NCBI GenBank assembly: GCA_002633005.1
Contig: NMRA01000030.1
Location: 962,576 to 1,026,575 of the forward strand
DNA from: Phoronis australis
Taxonomy: Eukaryota; Animalia; Phoronida
Length of the DNA stretch: 64,000 bases
Direction: 5' to 3'
Within the stretch, counting starts at the first letter, position 1; every line of letters starts with the position of its first letter. The position numbers were made by a program, and so were the translations under genes. The notes under the pieces are model-generated. The model searched no databases, had not been told where the DNA came from, and saw only the letters and a list, made by a program, of their open reading frames with translations. This document shows, one piece after another, positions 1-10,500 of this stretch.

Positions 1-1481
1 ATTAAAATACACATTTTCATTCTCATTCGATTATAAGTGGATGTTAGTTTACGTATTCTAACCATTTTCAATCACACAGTAATTTTATTGCACGTTGAAC
101 GTCATTAAAGTATGAATTCATCAGTGTTTACATTGTTCAGACTGCGCTCCTACGTAAGTATTGATTATTCACCGCTTGGAGCGCTAGTGTTTCGACCGGT
201 AACCATTGCGGCAAATGGTAAAATGGCGGAGTGAACTCTCTTATACTCGTACACTCCTTAGTAGAACAGTGAAGAAATTAATATGTAACTTATTTGTCCC
301 ACAGTTAGCAGGGTTTGGGATACCTACCATTCATAACTTTCTTGTTATACTAGGGACAGGGATCATGTTATTTATCCAGTGATTTAGTTATTTTAACTAT
401 GGTTAATGAATTTGGGACACAATATGGTCGACAAGTAAAATTCTATTTTTTCAATTTTTCATAAAAGATAAGTGACATGAAATAAATGCTTCATGTCTTT
501 TACAGGTCTACACCACAGCTACCACCAGACAATGACTAAGAAATTGACGGCATTCACAACTATGTTACAAGGCTTTTAATATTGAAACATTACCAAACAT
601 AGCAATTATTCTTGTCCAAAACTGATGACATTTTGCCATACTTATATCTCATCACATCATTTTTAGATTAGTTACTGTTTTATGTTTGACCGCTAGTATT
701 ATTGCGATTTGGATTGGTTCAGATCCCAAGTTGGACTGGAAAATGTCAGGTAAGACTCATCCCACTGGCACCATCTTATATTGCCACCAATAGGGGACAT
801 CTTGGTCAAAGCAGTCCATAAAGTTTTCTTTTTCATCACTCAAGTCCATAATGTTGTCACTCGCTTCTTCATGAATTCAGATGTGCTATCAAACTATCTA
901 AACTAATATCTTTTGCTTAAATTGTATGTTTGAGTTATTTTGTTACAAATGAGCCAAATTTTGTAGCTCATTTGCGTTTTTTAATTTTTTTAAATAGCAG
1001 CATAAATTAGACAACAGATTCAAAACTCCAACATTTTCTTGCGTATTATCCTAGAGGAGGCACCACTCTCCTAAACTACCAATTTTAGTTTCCGGTTAGT
1101 GTATTGTAACACGAAATTCTTGCATCTATTTTACTGAGCAGAACGACAAAAAAAAATTCGGCATTGGCATTGGAACGCTGTTCAAAGACTTCCAATAATA
1201 GAACTGTTGGTATCGCGAGTACCTTTGGCACCCGACCACACAGCAGCTGACCATGATTAACAGACGACGTACTTGCCGGAAGTAAAACTTGATAATTTTG
1301 TCAGGTGTTGGTAGTGAATAATGACGTCATGGCTTAGGCGTAAGATCAAAGATTTCGTGCATTGAAAATATACGGAGTTGGTGGTCCATGTACTGTAGTC
1401 TATGATAGCAGCACAGAGCCAAGTAGCCCATACTCATGGATTTCATGAGATGTCTTCATAAAGCTTGTTTTCAGAACCTAC

Positions 1482-1596
1482 CTGTCCGTTGGCATGGTTA
1501 CACATGTCCCACAAAGGTATAAAGGTGTTGACAAGCTCGCCGCCGCCTATGGTGGGCACTTGGTTCTGGCGAGTCATCACTGCTGACACAGCCCAT
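1482..1596 (-). CDS. SETD3: SETD3 coding exon 9 (WAVSAVMTRQNQVPTIGGGELVNTFIPLWDMCNHANGQ)
   Basis: ttcacag acceptor, GTAGGT donor; catalytic-site motifs MTRQNQ and IPLWDMCNH. Confidence 0.95.
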
Positions 1597-4500
1597 CTGT
1601 GAAAATGATTACATTTCAATGGATCAAAAACAACCCTAATTTGAAACAAGAGAAATGTCAAGTACTTTGATGCACTTTCACCTCATTGGTGCAATGCAAG
1701 CTCCACAGTGTTGATCATTATATCTGCTACAAAATGTGACACAAACCAACTGAGTTGAAACTAATATTCCACAGAAGTTCTTTCGACATGATATGAACAA
1801 GATTTGAAATAAAATACTGAAGATTTTAGCTTCTGGTTAAAATCCCAGGATGAACTGTAATAGACACAAACAAACAAACTGTTTATCAAAATCTGACCAT
1901 TTCAAAAAAAAACAAATATGTAAATACTGGGTAGTCTGACTGGATGAATGAAGAACTTAAGTAAGATTTAAGCACTGTTTAAAATGGTGTTAATGATGAC
2001 AAATGTGATTGTCTGTGACCACTTAAAGGAGAATGCCACCTGATTTAATTAGTTTTTTTACCGTCTTAAACGGTCTATATACACATCGCCTCTTACACGG
2101 TCGACCGCACCTTGCCGAGAGGTGTCGCGTTAACCTGTGAGGAAGGTGAGAAGAGACGCAGCGACGTCAGTGGTTCTTCTGCAGAGTGAATGCCGCTATA
2201 TTGCGGTGTATCGGTTCCCGCTTGTCCGAACTATGAAGCTGCGAAGAAAGCGGGTATATCGTTTTTTCGACTTCCTCGAGAGCCCGAAATGCTTAGGAAG
2301 TGGCTCGCAGTACTGAAGAATGAAAGGTATGCTGTTAATAGCAAGTATGAAGCTGTGAAACATCTCCGTGTCTGTGGCCGGCATTTCGTAGACAGTGATT
2401 TCTCTGACGAATTCCGGCTTACCAAAGAACTATCCATACGTTCCGTTGCCTATGCATGTTCAAAGCGCCTCTCTAGTATTTCTTGATCAATGTATTCTGG
2501 TTTGAACTGATAGCCTTTGAAACCTAACGATCCCACCAATGAAGTCTTCTTCGGATGAGCTCTTGACCAAGTCCGGATGAGCGCCGGGTGAGTTGCCATG
2601 TTGACGTTTATTATTCTGCGTTCTGTTTCAAAATGAATTATTCTCATCCTAAAATGATCCTAACAAATGCTTATATGAAACTGAAACCAAGCCTGTCTCA
2701 TTAGATACAATTTGTAATGCCTTGGGAGTGCTCGTGAGTGCAAATATTTTGAGAAGCCAGCAATGAATAAACCACAGCGTTACTGGCTTTTGATGCCGGC
2801 AACAAAGGTAATTGACCAGGTACCGAGGCCGTGTGAGCTCATGCTAATTCAGTGTTTGCTGACAGAAAGCTGTTGTGAAACAATTACTCGATTTTATATG
2901 CTATTGTCACATGTTTGGAAATCTTTATTTAGAAATACAAATACATTATTCAAATCATTGTTACTGAACAACCTTTGCACTGATGGTCTGTGGAAGGGGA
3001 ACCCAGCGACTTCGCGGCCCCCGACAAGCAAGTAGATTTTCAGTTTCGTGGCTAATTCACATAAATAATTATGTGCACATTATTTCTTTGGCTCACTATT
3101 ATAGTCTTTTCGTGACTGGAAGTTTCGTTTCCAACTCAAGCTGGTTTATGTTCGTGCCAGTCCCAACGGCTGCGATGGGCCTGATCGGTTTCCGAGCCAC
3201 TGGCCGGGATTACGAGTCATGAGACCGGCCGCGACAGGCTTGATCGGGATAACAAGCGTTTTGTGTGTTTAGAACTCAAAAAATCACAAGTATAAACAAC
3301 ACAGATCTAGGTTCTCTTGTCAGTATTTCACAGAATACTTCGAATTTATTTCCGACTGACAGATCCCAAACTCTTGTTACGGACCTAGATAAATTGGGCT
3401 GCCGAACTTTGTAGGCTACGGTATGTCCAAATACCAGTAAATCCGTAACAGCGAAATAAAACAACACATTTTTATTAGAACTCGGTGTATGTTTAAGGGT
3501 TTTACATCGAAGTTTGATGATTTATTGGTGTTAAACGATGAATTCAAGCAATAAGCTGACACCACTAACCCGTGTTGTGAACTGCTGAACAGACTGCGTG
3601 TAAAACCAATTACGTCATTGGATAATTTCAACACCTCCGTCTGCCGTCAGGTGTCGGGTAATGCAACCGAACGTGCTGTTATCGAGTAGAACTACACAAT
3701 CTAAATTGATACAAAATAGGTTGTTTTTTGGGTGGCATTCTCCTTTAAAGCATGAATTTGAACCTGAACCACATGTGGTTGCAGCCAATGCTCTGCTGGC
3801 AGAGTTAATTCTCCCTAGATAAGTGGCAGAGTAGTTTAAGTGTAATTAACTAGGAAAGACACAAAGCTTGATTTCAGTGAATGTCTGGCAGGAGACGACA
3901 GCGAGAATTGAGAATTTGTACTAAAATCACAAAAACGCATCCGCAGTCATTGTTACTGCAGACGCATGAATCATGAAAACCTTACTTGTTTCTCTAGCCA
4001 GGCCATACATTTAGAAGTGGTTAACAGCCTTGAGACTGACTGTTTCATAAAATCTCGGTTCCGATTTTTAGCCAGACAAGGGCCAGTTCGTACCATCTTC
4101 AGTGACAATGGCATGAACTTCGTGGAAGCCGATCGTGAGTTACGAGCAGCCATAGATGCAATGGACCAGGAACGTATTCAGAGGTACGTGTTGACAGAAA
4201 ATATTGACTGGTCGTTCAACCCGCCAACTGCTAGCAACTTCGGTGGTCTTTGGTAACATTAAATTCGCACTGTTTGGAAAGTGTCATCATCCGCATTGCG
4301 CGAATGTGATCGCTTAGATGATGATGTTCTGCATACAGTATTGTGTGAGGCAGAGGCCACAGTGAATTCGAGACCCCTTACAACTCTATCTAGTGACCCC
4401 AACGATTTGGATCCATTATCACCGAGCAACATTCTTACTTTTAAGACACAGATATAGCCGCCTCCACCTGGAAAGTTTCAGCGAGAAGACGTTTATTCAT

Positions 4501-7500
4501 GTAAGCGTTGGAGGCGCGCACAATACTTGGTGAATCTCTTTTGAACAAGATGGAGTTTATTTGGCTACATTGCAATGTCGTCGAAAGTGGCAAGTTTCAA
4601 GTCGTAATATGAAAGTGAATGATGTACTCATTAATGAGGAAGGCCTTCCCAGGTGTAACTGGAAGGTGGGTCATGTGACAGACATAGTGGTGGATCAAAA
4701 TGGTCAAGTAAGGAGCTGTAATGTTAAAACACTGATGTCAACCTTTTGATACCCTGTAAATAAATTAGTTCTTTTGCTTTGTTCTGAAGACTTGTAGATG
4801 TGATTTCATATATATTTGTTCGGTTGTTATCTTTGATTGTGTCTGCAGCATCTGCTTGTATTTGGTCAGCGAAGTTTCTCCACTTTCTCGGGGGAGAAAT
4901 GTTACAGCAGACGCAATCATTCACATTGCCTACGTATATTTAGTATTGTTTAATGTTGTACTCATTTTCAAGTACCACCCAGATCGTGAACTTGTCACAT
5001 GGTACTGACATTTAAAAGTTTTACCCAACAATTCCATTCATTCACATTTCGTACTTCTTATTTGTGTGCAGTGTAGGCATGTCATTGGTTTCATCGTTGA
5101 GATTGCAGGGTTTGTCTATGTACTGACGGCACTCGAATAAAAGAATAGGCTGTACGTAGAATCACCATCGTTAGCTGACACTGCGCCAGAACAGTCACCA
5201 CCACATAAAAAGTTCACATACCTGTAGTCATGGTAACAAAAGTTGTGCCGGATTGGAAGTTTGGTTGCGTCATGATGACTCTGTAAAGATCATTACTAAA
5301 TGAATGGAAAAACACATACCACCACCAGACTGACTGTGAAATGAAGTGGTTCACCAGTGTAGACAGGTTGTGTACTGGAGTGGTTTGCCAGAGTAGACAG
5401 GTTGTGAACTAGAGTAGTTTGCCAGTGTAGACAAGATCTGTACTGAAGAGCTTTGCCAATGTAGATAGGTTGTGTACTGAAGTGGTTTGCCAGTGTAGAC
5501 AGGTTGTGTACTGAAGTGGTTTGCCAGTGTAGACAGATTGCGTACTGGAGTAGTTTGCCAGTGTAGTCAGGTTGCCAAACACAACCAGTTTCGCAAAATG
5601 TGCAAGTAAAACTTAAAAAGAGTTGACTAGACCCCTGTAGAGTGGCTGCCTAACTCACCAAAACAAATTCAGCTAAGTGAAAGTTTGGTCATACTTGAGT
5701 ACAAAAGTTTGGTAGAGATTGTGAACAAATGTAGATGGAAGTTCCAGCTTAACAGAGCAATCTATTGTGAGTTTGTTTATTGGTTGATAAGACAACATAA
5801 AGTTGCATTTCACACTGTTTTGCCTACTACCTCATTTGACAACAATTCAAGCTGGATGAGCATGGTAATGTTTCTAAACAAAAGAATTCAACATCAAAAC
5901 AAAACAGCAACAAAGTGCCCGTAAAAACTCACGTTCTGAATTTTATGCTAGGGTTGCCCAAATGATATGTTGTAACAATGTTGAATTGTTTTTGTGCTAC
6001 ACGGAACAAACATAACATACCTGAAACAGTTTGTAGAAGTAACAGTACTGTCGGGCGATATTCTTGTATAAGCTGATGGCTTCACCTGTCAAGAGACACA
6101 AGCTTAATTCAATAAGAGTTCCAATAAACCTATCTGCTTAAAGGACTATAGGAAGGACTTATCAGTTCTGAATCATTGTACGCACAGTCAATACAAGATT
6201 CAAGTACTGTAAATGCTCAGGTCAACGCTCCTGCTTACACAAGCACCCACACTGATTTAAGTGTCCATGTATGGTTTGTTGTCCACACCCTGATTTTCAG
6301 GCTAACAGATTGATTGTTTTATAGATTTAGCTTAATACAATACGACACGACGCGATATGATATGATACAATACAACACACTGATAGAGACAGGCATTCAA
6401 ATTAAAGTAAGACTAAGGTTAGGTAACAAAAGCAATGCAGAGTGCTGAAATGCACCCATTCATTAGTATCATAAAAGTGGCCAATAGATGGCGCATGAAG
6501 CCTTAAAAAATGAGATGTTGTTGCTTCCCAAACAGAAAACAAATGTTCCAAATTTCATGAAAATCTGGCAAGGAACTCCAAAGATACAGAGGCAAACGTG
6601 AACAAAATTGGCATTAGGAGCCACAGTTGTCCAAAAAATTATGAAATCAATACTTCAGGGAACAACAATTGTCCGAAAATCAATATCATCCATGGTTCCC
6701 TCATCAAGAACACATCTGCTCATAATGATGCCACAGCACATCTTAATATGGACTAGAAATAACAAAAGTAGCCACTAGGTGGCCCAGAATACACCAAATG
6801 TGTCCATCTCCTTAATAAAAATCTATACGCCAAAATTCACAAAAATCCATCAATCAACTCTGAAGGTATAGAGGCAACGGTAAAAAGTTGTCATTAGAAG
6901 GTATAGCAGTAGTCGGAAACCTGCCTGAAAATCCATGTCAGCTGTAGTCTTCTCATCAGGAATGCATCTGTCAATTTTCATAATGAAGCTTGGAGCAGTT
7001 TGGCGGAAAGAGAGGTGATGCGACAAACGAGTTCAACCTTCACCGGATTTTACTAATAGATAAAAGGTGTATGAAGAGATTGTCATTTTGAAATATAAAA
7101 ACATAATTTGATTCATGATTTACAAGTTTATGAAGTAGGAATTGTCTAGAGATGGTGCAGAAGTTTGATGGAAATACTTCTCTCGAGTTATTTAGTGAGC
7201 TGTCCCATTGCTTGACAACAGTGTTATAAAAGGATGGCTAGCTGAAACTTATGTATGAGGGCAGTAGGCAGATGAAGTTGCACAGATGGTACTGTGGCAA
7301 TAAAATGTGTATTTAGCAATGGAGTCCAGGAACGAGGGACAGGTGATGTTGATACTGTTTATCACATGTGACTTCAGATCAATTCTGAATTTGGTAGGCA
7401 ATAGCATTAGGCTAGAAAATGATTTCTAGCAATATGTGATCTATATGTCAGGTTAAACTTCTGAATGTTTAAGTATATTGGACATCCATTGTTAAAATAA

Positions 7501-10500
7501 GAACTTGTAAGAGAAATCCACAATTTCTCAACACACTTACATTAATTTCTTGACCAGAGAATGTGAAATATGAATCAGACATCTTCCCTGCTGTATACTT
7601 ACTAAACACCGGTGATCCCTTCAGCTCCTTTATCTCATCAGGAGTGAAGTATAAACATGTTGAATATGTGGATGGCAGAAATTCTGATCAAATGTTAAGG
7701 ATACACACAATATACAAAGCACTTAACACAAACAAGATTGGACTGCAAAAACAGAATGAGTACCTGCACTTTTAGTGATCCAGTTTCTAGCAACCAAAAC
7801 ATGCGACAGGGGCTATGGGTGCAAAAAACATAACTGCCACTAGGAGGTTCCACAGTAGTCGAAGTCATTGGAAAATAATTGCCAAGCGCCCTCTTCACAC
7901 TAAGAACATATATGCCAATTTTTACAATCATCCTTAGAGTGATTTGGTTGATAGAGAGGCAGACGCAAAACAAGACTACAAAATGGTAAAAATGGCCACT
8001 AGATGGCACAAAATACGTCGAATCCATCCGAAAACAGGAACATGTCATCGTTTCAATAGAAAGCTATTTACCAAATTTCACAAAAATCTGTCAAGGAGCT
8101 TGCTTAGAGAAACAGAGGAAGATGGGAAATATTAAATTGCCACTAGGGGGCACAGCGTTTGTCGGATCCGCCTGAAAGTTGTCACTGTCAGTTGACAACT
8201 TCATATAAATACACCACCTAAAGTCAATAAAGATCTTGCAGAGAGTTTGTGAGATACAGCCATGGCTGTAAATAAAACAAAACTGCCACCAGGAAGCACC
8301 ACAGTAGTCGAAGTCATCGGAAAATCAACGATGGCTATCCTCTTCACAATAGGAACATACATGCCACACAATCATCTTTAGAGTGGTTTGGTTGACAGAG
8401 GGGCGGACGCCAAACAACAGGCTCGAAAACAGTAAATACAGCCACCAGGTGGCACAAAATACCTTGAATCAATCTGAAAACAAATGGATAGTGTTCACTC
8501 ACTTATAGATGACTATCTGCTAAATTTTATGGAAATCCGTTAAGGACCTTTGAAGATACAGAGGTAAACATAAAAAACTAAAATTATAACTAGGGGGCAC
8601 ACAAGTAGTCCAATCCGTCTGAAAGTAGTTGTTGTCAGATGTCAACTTAAAATAAATTAGCTGAATTTAATAGAGATCCTGCAGAGCGTTTAGGGGATAC
8701 AGCCATGGGGGCAAAAACAAACCGAAACTACCACTTGGAAGCGCCACAGTGGCACTACAGTATTCTAAGTCTGTCGGAAAATTGTTGTAAGGTGTCCTTT
8801 TCACAGTAGCATCATTAATGCCAATTTTCACAATTGCCAAAAACAGACCAAAAACAGTAAATATGGTCACTACGTCATGCAAAATACCTTGAATCTATCC
8901 AAAAAGGGGAGTATACCGTCATCTCACTAATAGATGCCCAATCAGTGTTACTCCACCACCTGTTTTAACTCGACGCTGTAACAAGTTTGGATTTTGCCGC
9001 GTCCAGTTTGGAAAATGCGCGTCGACTTTGAAAAGTGCTGCGTCAGGTTTGTACTTTTGGCCTGGCTTGGCATTTCAGCCCTCGACACTAATGCAGGGCC
9101 TGATTAAGTAACATCAAGCCCATTACAGAATGTTAAAGGCAGTCAACACTATATGTATAACTTTGTATGACACTACAAAAAGAGTTTAAATTATCATTAA
9201 CAAAATCTGCAAAAATCTTCAAATAAAAAAATTTCATGGAGTCATCTAGCTTGCTTAATCAAATGTCTTATCTACTTANNNNNNNNNNNNNNNNNNNNNN
9301 NNNNNNNNNNNNNNNNNNNNNNNNNNNNNNNNNNNNNNNNNNNNNNNNNNNNNNNNNNNNNNNNNNNNNNNNNNNNNNNNNNNNNNNNNNNNNNNNNNNN
9401 NNNNNNNNNNNNNNNNNNNNNNNNNNNNNNNNNNNNNNNNNNNNNNNNNNNNNNNNNNNNNNNNNNNNNNNNNNNNNNNNNNNNNNNNNNNNNNNNNNNN
9501 NNNNNNNNNNNNNNNNNNNNNNNNNNNNNNNNNNNNNNNNNNNNNNNNNNNNNNNNNNNNNNNNNNNNNNNNNNNNNNNNNNNNNNNNNNNNNNNNNNNN
9601 NNNNNNNNNNNNNNNNNNNNNNNNNNNNNNNNNNNNNNNNNNNNNNNNNNNNNNNNNNNNNNNNNNNNNNNNNNNNNNNNNNNNNNNNNNNNNNNNNNNN
9701 NNNNNNNNNNNNNNNNNNNNNNNNNNNNCGACTTTGAAAAGTGCTGCGTCAGGTTTGAACTTTTGGCCTGGCTTGGCATTTCAGCCCTCGACACTAATGC
9801 AGGGCCTGATTAAGTAACATCAAGCCCATTACAGAAATGTTAAAGGCAGTCAACACTATATGTATAACTTTGTATGACACTACAAAAAGAGTTTAAATTA
9901 TCATTAACAAAATCTGCAAAAATCTTCAAATAAAAAAATTTCATGGAGTCATCTAGCTTGCTTAATCAAATGTCTTATCTACTAATAGTCATTCTAACTT
10001 TAAAATTTTGCAAGTCAATCTGTAAAGAAACAATTTAATTGGCTTAATAAAGACAATTTTGATTTTGTCTGACATCTAGTGGCAAGTTAGAGCTTTTATG
10101 AGCTTATTCAACTTGACAACAGGTGTCACTAAAAACTAGGTCACATCAGAACTCATGTTAGTAGTACTTAATATGTCTAATTGATATTAAAATCGGCATT
10201 GATATTATTAAAAAGAACTTTTAATCTTTTGTTTGATGCTCTGGGTCTGTCAAATGCTTTGGAGGAATTATGAGATATATTGGTACGAAAGCTAAACTTT
10301 GAAGTGTCTAAAACGTAGGTCACACCAGTGCAGTGTGCAGTTTTAAACCATATATAAATACCTCCAGCAAACCCATGATTTTGATTAGAAATGACACAAT
10401 GTCAACAACTGCTACTAAATGTTTGTGTCGAGTTTGGAATTTACAATGTGGAGAACACTGTGGCCAACTGTTAAATTTTGTGAAAATCCTTTGAGGACTT

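Noticed and set aside
9236-9817. 193-aa and 172-aa ORFs
   Set aside because: They run through the N gap
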